The notes: a model not told the origin generated them from the sequence alone. DNA of 64,000 nt from Bacillota bacterium (GCA_040753155.1 JBFMEU010000002.1:5633-69632), one strand, 5' to 3'; positions 18,172 through 26,495 are shown, numbered from the stretch's first letter. Program-made: numbers and translations.

Positions 18172-18471
18172 TTACCTGTCCCCCCCGCTGCCGGTTTGGT
18201 TAATGGCATCCCGGATGGCTGCCAGCACCAGCATTGGAGTTTGCTCAACCTTTTGCTCCAGCTCGGCCACCCGGTTTTTTAGTGTTTCCATTTCCAGGGC
18301 CTGCTGTTCCTTTAATTCCCGCAGGGAGCGGTCCAGCTTGCGGTTTTCCTCCAGGATGGGGTGTACAAACTTTTGTTTCAGCCCGGTTAAAATGTCCCGC
18401 ATTAAAATCTGGGCCGCATCTTTCCTGTCATCGTTGGTTGCAGGGGATGATTGTCTGAGTTCCATAAACAT
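18172..18471 (-). CDS. Coiled-coil protein (paralog 2 of 3)
   Basis: GLKQKFVHPILEENRKLDRSLRELKEQQALEMETLKNRVAELEQKVEQ; SD aaggaggg. Confidence 0.6.
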   Translation of the reverse strand: MFMELRQSSPATNDDRKDAAQILMRDILTGLKQKFVHPILEENRKLDRSLRELKEQQALEMETLKNRVAELEQKVEQTPMLVLAAIRDAINQTGSGGDR

Positions 18472-18480
18472 GTCCCTCCT

Positions 18481-18675
18481 TTATAATTTATCCAGAGCCT
18501 GCTTGATTGTTGTTAACGTGCGCAGGGTGTTTTGCTGGTTTTGTTCCCACGCCAGCTGCTGCCAGCGCGCCTCCAGGTCTTTCAGCAGGTCAGCCTTTAT
18601 TTCACCGCCGGTGTGGCGGCTGATCTCTTTGATAATCCGGCGCAGTCTTTCCTCCAGCAGGCGTGCGTTTTCCAT
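18481..18675 (-). CDS. Small coiled-coil protein (paralog 1 of 3)
   Basis: 64 aa. SD aaggaggt overlaps the stop of the GTPase gene, suggesting translational coupling. Confidence 0.55.
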   Translation of the reverse strand: MENARLLEERLRRIIKEISRHTGGEIKADLLKDLEARWQQLAWEQNQQNTLRTLTTIKQALDKL

Positions 18676-18684
18676 GGCTCATCT

Positions 18685-21030
18685 TTACCTCCTTGGTGTG
18701 CCGGGTGTAGTTTTCACCTCTCCCAGGCGCCTTTCCAGGCGCCCCAATTCAGCCAGGCAGGCAGTTGTTTTTTGGCCGGCCGGCCTTTGTTCCAGCGCCT
18801 CCCGGAGATCTTTAAGCACTCCGGCCAGGGGCGCGGCCAGTTGTGAACCGGCTGCAAGCCGGATTGCCTCAATCAGGTGACGGAAGTCCTTGTCCCGGGG
18901 ATTTACGGATGCCCGGCGGGCCGAGAGGAAGAATAACCGCTCGTCGGCGCGGAGTGTGGTCGGGGATAGGCTCTCCCGGATGTAGTTCCTGACTTTTTCC
19001 CTTTCCCGGGGGCTCAGGGTGTCAGCAAAATTGATCACCAGCATGAGCCGGGCCGGGCCCTGCTGCAGGCTGCCGCCGCCCGGCCCCTGCCGGATTAGCC
19101 GGCTCAGGGCCGGCAGTTGGTCCCGGTCGGCGGTGTTCAGCACGTGCCTGGCGTTTAAGAAAAACAATACTGACTGGTCCCCCTTGTTGAACGAGATTTC
19201 ATTCAGAGGGGGATTCAATCCCCTCTGAATGTTAGCCGGGTCCATACTGGACTTAACCGCCCTTTGAAACCAGCTGCCTGCAGAGGCCGGGGTCTTAGGG
19301 CGGATTAGTTCAGTGATAAAACTTGAGGTTGTTTCCCGGTGCCTGCGGTGAACCGAGTCCAGGCCCGGTGTGTCAATCAGGACCAGGCCGCTCAGCAGTT
19401 CCGAGGGATGGGTGATTTCAACCCGGCTCAGCCGGAAGCTGTCCGGCCAGGCCAGGTGGCGTACGAGGGCCAGTTTGCCGGCGGCGGTATCCAGGCTCAG
19501 GGTTAAGGTATTTTCCTCCCGGAAGGTAACCTGGACGGCAACCGGCAAATCGGCGGTTATTCTTGTGGCCGGAACCGCCTGAAACAGGGTGGGCGCCGTG
19601 TTTAGCCCCGGCTGCCCGGCCAGGCCGGCGGCAAAGAGCCGGGCGGCGCTGTGGAGTTGATTCAGCAGTTGGTATTTACTTACCTTCTTGCGGCCGGCCT
19701 GGCTAATCAGCTCCAGACGGCCCAGCTCAGGCCCGGACTCCGGCTTCCCCAGCCAGCCGGTAAGAGCCTTGACTTCCTCCCGGCAGTACAGGGCCGCTTC
19801 TCCGTCCAGATGGATAACCGGCACGTCAATCTGCAGCGGATAGTGGAGGGTGGCCTGTTTAACCTGACCCTGCCTGACCCGGGTCAGGCAGGAGGTGGTG
19901 GGGCCGTCTCCGGTGGGCAGGATTTCCTCACCCAGCATGACGTTGATAAAAGTTGTCTTGCCGGAGGAAAAGCCCCCGGCTATAGTCACTGGAAATGCCC
20001 CTTGCTCCAGCCGGCGCCTCAGGGCGTCAGCTTGCCCGGTGGCCGGCAGGCCGGTCATTGAAGGGTCGGCGCAGAACCGGTCCAGCAGCTCCAGCAGGGA
20101 CCGCCTTACCTGGATCAGGCCCTTATTGGCCTGGTCCGGGTGGGCCGGCGGCTGATATTTCAGCCGGCCCTCCCGGGCCGGGCCGCTCAGGTTGCGGCGG
20201 GCGGCAATTCTGGCCCCGGCCCGGGACTGCAGGAGTTCCCCGGCCTGTAAAATTGAGGCCGCCCTTTGCTTGAGGTCCCATAAATCAGCCAGGAACTCCA
20301 GGTCGCCGGGCCGGGCCAGGGTGGTCTTCAGGGCTTTGGGGATAGCCTCGTCCATAGTCCGCAAATTCCGGTTGAGTTCCTCAATCCGGCGGGCGGCTGC
20401 CTCCACTTCCAGCAGGGTGCGCAGGGAGTTTACAGCTGCAGGGTTGGTAATGTCAATGGCCAAGGGCTGCAAGCCGGCTTTGAAAATTTGCCGCAGGCAG
20501 GCTGCGGTAACCCCCGGGGCAGAGTCGTCCGGATGGCCGGTGTTATGATTCAAGATGAAAATAATGTCCCGGGGATTAATTTGGCGCCGCCGGGCCAGTT
20601 CCTCCAGAAACTGCTTGCCGGCATTATCAAGGCCCCGCTGGTGCAAAAGGAAGAGCGCCAAATCGGCGCCGGCCGCCGCCTCCATGGCGGCCGCCCGGTG
20701 CTCCGGGCTGGTGTCGAAGCCAGGTGTGTCCAAGAGCAGGCACTTTTGCAGCAGCCTGCAGGGCAGAGCCACCTCCCGTACCCTCCGGGCGCGGGCCGGG
20801 CCGGAGACGGCGGGGCCATAAACATACTTGACAGTCACCATGGTGGTGGGAACCACATCCACTGGTGCGACATAATTTTCCAGCAGGGCGTTAATTAAAG
20901 TGGATTTGCCGGCGTTATAGGGGCCGGCAACAGCCACCGTCGGCAGGCGGACTCCGGCAGGCCAGTTCTCCAGCAGCATGTCCGCCTGGCGAATAAAGTT
21001 TTCTGCCGCCGTCATGGTATATACCTCCAA
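18685..21030 (-). CDS. Tandem-GTPase dynamin-like protein (BDLP/DynA-like), carrying an in-frame A-element insertion
   Basis: Module 1: G1 GPYNAGKST and G3 DTPGFD. Module 2: G1 GGFSSGKTT, G2 region PTGDGPTTSCLT, G3 DTPGLDS and NFAD. 781 aa. Confidence 0.75.
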   Translation of the reverse strand: MEVYTMTAAENFIRQADMLLENWPAGVRLPTVAVAGPYNAGKSTLINALLENYVAPVDVVPTTMVTVKYVYGPAVSGPARARRVREVALPCRLLQKCLLLDTPGFDTSPEHRAAAMEAAAGADLALFLLHQRGLDNAGKQFLEELARRRQINPRDIIFILNHNTGHPDDSAPGVTAACLRQIFKAGLQPLAIDITNPAAVNSLRTLLEVEAAARRIEELNRNLRTMDEAIPKALKTTLARPGDLEFLADLWDLKQRAASILQAGELLQSRAGARIAARRNLSGPAREGRLKYQPPAHPDQANKGLIQVRRSLLELLDRFCADPSMTGLPATGQADALRRRLEQGAFPVTIAGGFSSGKTTFINVMLGEEILPTGDGPTTSCLTRVRQGQVKQATLHYPLQIDVPVIHLDGEAALYCREEVKALTGWLGKPESGPELGRLELISQAGRKKVSKYQLLNQLHSAARLFAAGLAGQPGLNTAPTLFQAVPATRITADLPVAVQVTFREENTLTLSLDTAAGKLALVRHLAWPDSFRLSRVEITHPSELLSGLVLIDTPGLDSVHRRHRETTSSFITELIRPKTPASAGSWFQRAVKSSMDPANIQRGLNPPLNEISFNKGDQSVLFFLNARHVLNTADRDQLPALSRLIRQGPGGGSLQQGPARLMLVINFADTLSPREREKVRNYIRESLSPTTLRADERLFFLSARRASVNPRDKDFRHLIEAIRLAAGSQLAAPLAGVLKDLREALEQRPAGQKTTACLAELGRLERRLGEVKTTPGTPRR
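19186..19320 (-). mobile_element. A element copy A4, inserted in frame (135 nt = 45 codons) in the dynamin-like gene
   Basis: gttgaacgagatttcATTCAGAGGGGGattcaatCCCCTCTGAAT...ggcggattagttcagtGATAAA. It is translated as ...LIRPKTPASAGSWFQRAVKSSMDPANIQRGLNPPLNEISF... Confidence 0.85.
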
Positions 21031-21096
21031 TTGGTTATACTGTTATATATTTACTGTGATCAGGCTGTAAATATACCGAAAATAGTTACCCGCTTG

Positions 21097-21241
21097 GTAA
21101 CTATTCAGGAGTCGGGAGTCAGGAGTCGGGAGTCAGGAGTCGGGAGTCAGAAGTCAGGAGTCAGAAGTCAGGAGTCAGGAGTCAGAATGAGAAAACCGGC
21201 GAAAACATTACTTCTGAATTCTGAATACCTGAATAAGTAAC
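21097..21241 (+). repeat. H element copy H6 (minimal: 11 heptamers, 8 codons, 3' arm)
   Basis: gtaactattc-(aggagtc/gggagtc/agaagtc)x11-agaatgagaaaaccggcgaaaacatt-acttctgaattctgaatacctgaataagtaac. Confidence 0.9.
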
Positions 21242-21335
21242 TGGTTTTTTGTGTGTCAGCACCGGGAATAGGCCGGTGCTATTGCTCCTGCAATTTCCTT
21301 ATGCTATAATAACTAAGTGTGTAAAACCATAGCCT

Positions 21336-21474
21336 ATAAAGAAGACTTGGTTCAGGTGGAGTTTTAACCCATACGTTGGGGACATTCCTGTCCTCAGAGA
21401 AATACCCAAGCTTCAGCAGGTGTGTCCCCTTTCCTTATGCGAGGGCGGGGTCTTACAGGCTGTGCGAAGATAAA
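21336..21474 (+). repeat. C element copy C1
   Basis: ataaaGAAGACTTGGTTCAGgtggagttttaacccatacgttGGGGACAttcctgtcctcagagaaatacccaagcttcagcaggtgTGTCCCCtttccttatgcgagggcggggtCTTACAGGCTGTGCGAAGATAAAg. Confidence 0.85.
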
Positions 21475-21536
21475 GCTTTACGGCGCTGTGCCGGAAAGCT
21501 CTTGCCCAGGAAAGACTGCGAAAGAAGGTGAGTCCA

Positions 21537-21740
21537 TTGAAGGAAAAGATTCATCCCCGGTATACCGAAGCCAAGGTCAGCTGTGTTTGCGGGGAAACCT
21601 TTACCACCGGTTCCACCCGCAAGGAGCTGAAGGTTGAAATTTGTTCCAAGTGCCACCCCTTTTACACCGGGTCCCAGCGCACTGTGGAAACCAGGGGCCG
21701 GGCCGAGCAGTTCCGCCGAAAATACGGTCTCGGCAAATAG
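21537..21740 (+). CDS. rpmE: 50S ribosomal protein L31
   Basis: (M)[47 protein letters not shown] 21537 follows gaaggtgag. Confidence 0.92.
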   Translation: MKEKIHPRYTEAKVSCVCGETFTTGSTRKELKVEICSKCHPFYTGSQRTVETRGRAEQFRRKYGLGK

Positions 21741-21801
21741 ACTTCTAGCAGGGCGCCCGCTCTGCTATTTGTTTCTTCGGAAGAGGGAAGAGGTGAGCCA
21801 T

Positions 21802-22869
21802 ATGTTGGAGAAACTTGACAGCCTTGAAAATAAATATGAGGAATTGGGCAGCCTGATTGCCGACCCGGAAATTATTGCCGATCACCAGCGCTGGCAGCAA
21901 TATGTGAAAGCCCACTCCGACCTCAGCGAACTGGTAAACACCTACCGGTTCTACAAAAAGGTCCGGCGGGAGGCGGGGGACGCCGGGGAAATGCTGAAGG
22001 AGAGCCAGGAGCCCGAGTTCCGGGAAATGGTTGAGCTGGAGCTGGAAGAATTGCTGGAGCAGAAGGAAGCCCTGGAAAGGAAATTAAAAGTACTGCTGCT
22101 GCCCAAGGACCCCAATGACGATAAGAACGTTATTGTTGAAATCCGGGCCGGGACCGGCGGCGAGGAGGCCGCCCTTTTCGGCGCCGACCTTTTGCGCATG
22201 TACACCCGGTACGCCGAGCAGCGGGGCTGGCGCACAGAGATTATGAGTTCCAACTTCACTGATATTGGCGGGGTTAAAGAAGTGATCTTTCTGGTGGAGG
22301 GCCGGGGCGCCTACAGCCGGCTCAAGTATGAGAGCGGGGTGCACCGGGTGCAGCGGGTGCCCACCACCGAGTCAGGCGGGCGGATTCACACCTCGGCGGC
22401 CACGGTGGCGGTATTGCCCGAGGCCGAGGATGTGGACATTGAGGTAAATCCCAACGACCTGCGGATCGATGTTTTCTGCTCCACCGGTCCCGGCGGGCAG
22501 TCGGTCAACACCACCCAGTCGGCGGTAAGGATCACCCATCTGCCCAGCGGGATTGTGGTTTCCTGCCAGGACGAAAAGTCCCAGCACAAGAACAAGGACA
22601 AGGCGATGCGCGTTCTAAGAGCCAGGCTGCTGGACAAAGCCCAGCAGGAGCAGCGGGAACAAATGGCCAGTGCCCGTAAGTCCCAGGTGGGGTCCGGCGA
22701 CCGCAGTGAGCGCATTCGCACCTATAACTTCCCCCAAAACCGGATTACCGACCACCGCATCGGGCTGACCATTCACCGCCTGCCCGAAGTGCTGCAGGGT
22801 CATATTGACGAAATTGTGGATTCCCTGACCACCACGGACCAGGCTGAGCAGTTACAGCAGGCGGAATAA
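21802..22869 (+). CDS. prfA: Peptide chain release factor 1
   Basis: [15 protein letters not shown]...[16 protein letters not shown]...[10 protein letters not shown] (GGQ motif). Confidence 0.95.
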   Translation: MLEKLDSLENKYEELGSLIADPEIIADHQRWQQYVKAHSDLSELVNTYRFYKKVRREAGDAGEMLKESQEPEFREMVELELEELLEQKEALERKLKVLLLPKDPNDDKNVIVEIRAGTGGEEAALFGADLLRMYTRYAEQRGWRTEIMSSNFTDIGGVKEVIFLVEGRGAYSRLKYESGVHRVQRVPTTESGGRIHTSAATVAVLPEAEDVDIEVNPNDLRIDVFCSTGPGGQSVNTTQSAVRITHLPSGIVVSCQDEKSQHKNKDKAMRVLRARLLDKAQQEQREQMASARKSQVGSGDRSERIRTYNFPQNRITDHRIGLTIHRLPEVLQGHIDEIVDSLTTTDQAEQLQQAE

Positions 22870-22870
22870 G

Positions 22871-23767
22871 ATGGCCAGCCAAGATAGTAGGCGTAGTGTT
22901 GGCGGTCTTTTGGCCGCAGCCCGGGCTTACCTGAGGGAATGTGGCTCGGAGAGCCCCGGCCTTGATGCCGAGGTGCTTCTGGCCCACTGCCTGGGGGCCG
23001 GCCGGCTGGATCTGTACCGGGCGCCGGACCGGATCCCGGACAGCGGCCAGGCTTCCGGGTACCTGGATTTGATTGCCAGGCGCGGCCGGGGGGAACCGGT
23101 GGCCTATCTGACCGGACATAAGGAGTTTATGGGGCTCGACCTGGCGGTCGGGCCTCCTGTGCTGATTCCCCGCCCGGAAACCGAGCTGCTGGTGGAGCAG
23201 GCCCTGGAACTGCTGGGCTTATCCCTGGCGGAAAGACCGGGCGGCCGGCTGGCGGTGGATGTGGGCGCCGGCAGCGGGGCCATTGCTGTCAGCCTGGCGG
23301 TTTTTATGCCCCGGGTGCGGGTGCTGGCCACCGATATATCCGGGGAGGCCCTGGCCGTGGCCCGCCGCAATGCGGCCCGCCACGGGGTGGCAAGGCAGGT
23401 TTCCTTTTTTCAGGGAGACTTGCTGACCCCTCTGACTATACCCGCCCTGCAGGGGCAGGTGGACCTGGTGGCCGCCAACCTGCCCTACATCCCGGCCGGT
23501 GACCTGGAGGCTTTGCCCCGGGATGTCCGGGCCTACGAGCCCCGGCTGGCCCTGAACGGCGGTCCTGACGGCCTGTCCCTCTACCGCCGGCTGGTGCCCG
23601 ATGCCGGCAGGCTGCTGCGGCCCGGCGGCTTTTTGCTGATGGAGATTGGCCCCGGCCAGGGGCGGGCCTGCCTGGGCCTGGTACCGGCCCCCGTCTGGGA
23701 GAGTGTGCTGCTGCCCGACCTGGCCGGGCGGGAGCGTCTGGTGGTGGCAGTTAAAATGAGTCAATAG
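22871..23767 (+). CDS. prmC: Release-factor glutamine N5-methyltransferase
   Basis: VDVGAGSGAIAV SAM motif and the NPPY-type motif (here ANLPYIP). Immediately follows prfA. Confidence 0.88.
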   Translation: MASQDSRRSVGGLLAAARAYLRECGSESPGLDAEVLLAHCLGAGRLDLYRAPDRIPDSGQASGYLDLIARRGRGEPVAYLTGHKEFMGLDLAVGPPVLIPRPETELLVEQALELLGLSLAERPGGRLAVDVGAGSGAIAVSLAVFMPRVRVLATDISGEALAVARRNAARHGVARQVSFFQGDLLTPLTIPALQGQVDLVAANLPYIPAGDLEALPRDVRAYEPRLALNGGPDGLSLYRRLVPDAGRLLRPGGFLLMEIGPGQGRACLGLVPAPVWESVLLPDLAGRERLVVAVKMSQ

Positions 23768-23818
23768 GGACGGTTCCTGGTGACTCGCGCGAGTCACCCG
23801 AAACCGTCCCTATTGACT
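23759..23818. repeat. D palindrome D2, overlapping both convergent stop codons
   Basis: agtcaatagggacggttcctggtgactcgcgcgagtcacccgaaaccgtccctattgact. Confidence 0.9.
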
Positions 23819-24492
23819 TACAGCAAATTGGTTCCCGCGTGCCAGGCGGTGGCGGCGCCGATAAACATGACCGCCAGCCCGGTGACTGCCGCCAGGCGGG
23901 TCCAGGCGCGGCGGCTGATAAAATCCCCGGCCAGGTGGGAAACCTTGAGGAAAACCAGTCCCACACCAATCATGGCCAGGGCGGCCCCGGCACCAAAGGC
24001 CAGCACCACGCCCAGGCCCGCGGCCAGCGTTCCGGCACTGATGGATAAAAGCAGCGCCGCCAGGGCCCCGGGGCAGGGCATCAGCCCGTTCATGAAACCC
24101 AGCAGGACCAGGGTTGAAAGGTCCAGGGGGCGGTCTTGCTTGCTCAGGGAGAAATGATGGTGGTTGCAGCAGGGCTTGCGCCTGGGCAGCAGCCGGTAGC
24201 CCACCGCCACAATCAGCAGGCCGGATAAAAGCTGCAGCCACAGCCTGATCCGGTCCGGGGTCAATTCGGTGCCGGTGGCCACCAGGGCTGCCGCCGAGTG
24301 GGCCGTCACCGCCAGCAACACCACCACCAGGGTGTGGGTGGCGGCGGAGATAAGCCCCAGCAGAACAGCATGTATTGCCCGGCCCCGGGAAAGGACCAGG
24401 TAGGCCCCCATCACCCCCTTGCCGTGGCCGGGTTCCAGAGCGTGCAAAGCTCCCAGGCCAAAGGCGGAAAAAAGATAAAGCAGGTAGCTCAT
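23818..24492 (-). CDS. NicO/UreH-like metal (Ni/Co/Zn) transporter family membrane protein
   Basis: LHALEPGHGKG motif, His/Cys-rich loop KPCCNHHH, and GFMNGLMPCPGAL. Next to zur-znuACB. Confidence 0.55.
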   Translation of the reverse strand: MSYLLYLFSAFGLGALHALEPGHGKGVMGAYLVLSRGRAIHAVLLGLISAATHTLVVVLLAVTAHSAAALVATGTELTPDRIRLWLQLLSGLLIVAVGYRLLPRRKPCCNHHHFSLSKQDRPLDLSTLVLLGFMNGLMPCPGALAALLLSISAGTLAAGLGVVLAFGAGAALAMIGVGLVFLKVSHLAGDFISRRAWTRLAAVTGLAVMFIGAATAWHAGTNLL

Positions 24493-24527
24493 CGGGCGGA
24501 ATCCTCCTCGTAATGGCAGTGATAAAC

Positions 24528-24756
24528 GATAAAGAAGACTTGGTTCAGGTGGGGTTTTAACCCATACGTTGGGGACATTCCTCCGAAGGAGGTGTGTCCC
24601 CTACCCGCTAAACCTTAGTCGCACTTATTTCGAGCTTACAGCCTGTTAATCCCATTAGTTGGGGACATTCCTGTCCTCAGAGAAATACCCAAGCTTCAGC
24701 AGGTGTGTCCCCTTTCCTTATGCGGTGGCGGGGTCTTACAGGCTGTGCGAAGATAA
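24528..24756 (+). repeat. C element copy C2 (double-module version)
   Basis: Module 1 contains GGGGACAttcctccgaaggaggtgTGTCCCC. An internal cttacagcctgt then leads to module 2, GGGGACAttcctgtcctcag...caggtgTGTCCCC. Ends cttacaggctgtgcgaaGATAAA. Confidence 0.85.
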
Positions 24757-24757
24757 A

Positions 24758-24866
24758 CCGCAAGTACGAACAGGTTCGTCTTCTGCCATACCAGTAATCC
24801 TCAAACGTTTTCGCTGGTTTTCTCATTCTGACTCCTGATTCCTGACTTCTGACTCCTGAGTAGTTA
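24758..24866 (-). repeat. H element copy H7 (5' half only, truncated at the TTTATC site by C2)
   Basis: The reverse complement reads gtaataactactc(aggagtc..)agaatgagaaaaccagcgaaaacgtttgaggattactggtatggcagaagacgaacctgttcgtacttgcgg|tttatc. Confidence 0.85.
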
Positions 24867-24927
24867 TTACGTTTAAACATATTCAGAGCTCGTACACCTT
24901 TATGACGGCGCCCCTGGATTATTTTTC

Positions 24928-24984
24928 TTGACATATTGTTCAATAGTTGATAAATAAGTAATTAGTGCAGGTAGGAATAATTAC
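24928..24984 (+). promoter_or_regulatory. Promoter plus inverted-repeat operator (candidate Zur box) upstream of zur
   Basis: TTGACA 24928-24933, 17-nt spacer, TAAATA 24951-24956, then GTAATTA-N13-TAATTAC at 24958-24984. Confidence 0.45.
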
Positions 24985-24998
24985 GACCCGGGAGGCGT

Positions 24999-25424
24999 AT
25001 GCATATGACTATGGGGGAAGTTCTGGAATGGCTTCGCTCCAAAGGAATCAAGATAACACCCCAGCGCCAGGAGGTGATCAGGGTGCTGGCGGAGAGTAAA
25101 GGGAGCCATAGCGCCGAGGAAATTCTAAAAAAGGTGCAGGATCGCTACAGCAACATGAGTTTGGACACCATATACCGCACCCTGAGCTTATTTCGGGAGC
25201 AAGGTTTGGTCAACGAAGTGCATTTTCCCGGCGCCTGCCGGCGCTTCGAGCTGAACAGCGAGGAGAATCACCGCCACCACCTGATTTGTTTGCTGTGCGG
25301 GAAGACGGAGGAATTCCCCTGCTGCCCCGAGGACTGTCTGGCCAGGGTTAGTGAATGCAGCCCCGGGTTTAAAGTTTCCGGGCATACGTTTAAAATATAC
25401 GGATATTGCCAAAGATGCCAGTAA
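24999..25424 (+). CDS. zur: Fur-family metalloregulator (probable Zur)
   Basis: ITPQRQEVIRVL...HHHLICLLCGKTEEF...CQRC. Context is znuACB. Confidence 0.8.
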   Translation: MHMTMGEVLEWLRSKGIKITPQRQEVIRVLAESKGSHSAEEILKKVQDRYSNMSLDTIYRTLSLFREQGLVNEVHFPGACRRFELNSEENHRHHLICLLCGKTEEFPCCPEDCLARVSECSPGFKVSGHTFKIYGYCQRCQ

Positions 25425-25544
25425 TATTACTCTGTAGGAAAGTTTGCGGGGAGGCTGGTTCAACTGCAAAGATTAAAGAGCCTTTGTAAAACTCCAGCAA
25501 AGCGGTATTTAAGACTTGGCCTGGGTATTTTATTAACTGTTCTT

Positions 25545-26495
25545 ATGGCTGCCGGACTGGCCGGCTGCGGGCGCGATTCCACACCTGCCGCCGTTACCGG
25601 CGGGAATGAGCAAATAAAGGTAGTTGCCACCTTTTACCCCTTGTATGAATTTACCGCCCGGGTGGGCGGGGACGGGGTGGCTGTGGAAAGCTTTACCCCG
25701 ACCGGGGTAGAGCCTCATGAATGGGAGCCAACCCCCAGGGACATGGCCCGCCTTACCGAAGCAGACCTGATCGTGTATAACGGCGCCGGCTTCGAGCCCT
25801 GGCTGGATAAACAGATTCCGGATCTGGCCGCCGGGGGCGTCAAGGTACTGGAGGCCACGGGCGGTATGGACTTGATCAAAGAAAAGCCCGGCTACCTGGG
25901 CGCGGGAAACCCTGAACACCATCATGACAGCGGCCATGAGCACAGTCACGACCATGCTTTCATTGACGGTGACCCCCATTTCTGGCTGGACCCCATTCTG
26001 GTTATGGCCGTGGTGGACGCCATACGTGACGCGCTGACTGACCTGGACCCCGCCGGGGCCGCTGCATATAGCGCCAATGCCGCTTCCTTCCGCGCCGAGC
26101 TGGAAGCCCTGGACGCCGAGTACAGGGCGGCCGCAGGGACCTGGCAGCGCCGGGAAATAGTAACCTCCCATGACGCCTTTGCCTACCTGGCCAGGCGCTA
26201 CAACCTGAGGCAGGCGCCGGTGCTGGGACTTTCCCCCGAGGCCGAGCCCAGCCCGGCCCGGATGAAAGAGATTGTGGACTTCGCCAGGGAACATGATGTC
26301 AAATACATTTTCTTTGAAACCCTGGTCAGCCCACGGCTGGCTGAGGCCGTGGCCCGGGAGGCGGGGGCGGGCGTCCTGGTGCTGCACACCCTGGAAAACC
26401 TTACCGCCGAAGAACTGGCTGCCGGTGAAAACTACCTGACCATCATGAGGTCAAACCTGGCCAACCTGGAAAAGGCTCTGGGGGAAGCTAAATGA
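25545..26495 (+). CDS. znuA: Zinc ABC transporter substrate-binding lipoprotein
   Basis: ZnuA/TroA fold motifs and the His-rich loop NPEHHHDSGHEHSHDH. The lipobox LAGC lies only 7 codons after the first ATG, so the true start is probably upstream (see finding). Confidence 0.88.
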   Translation: MAAGLAGCGRDSTPAAVTGGNEQIKVVATFYPLYEFTARVGGDGVAVESFTPTGVEPHEWEPTPRDMARLTEADLIVYNGAGFEPWLDKQIPDLAAGGVKVLEATGGMDLIKEKPGYLGAGNPEHHHDSGHEHSHDHAFIDGDPHFWLDPILVMAVVDAIRDALTDLDPAGAAAYSANAASFRAELEALDAEYRAAAGTWQRREIVTSHDAFAYLARRYNLRQAPVLGLSPEAEPSPARMKEIVDFAREHDVKYIFFETLVSPRLAEAVAREAGAGVLVLHTLENLTAEELAAGENYLTIMRSNLANLEKALGEAK

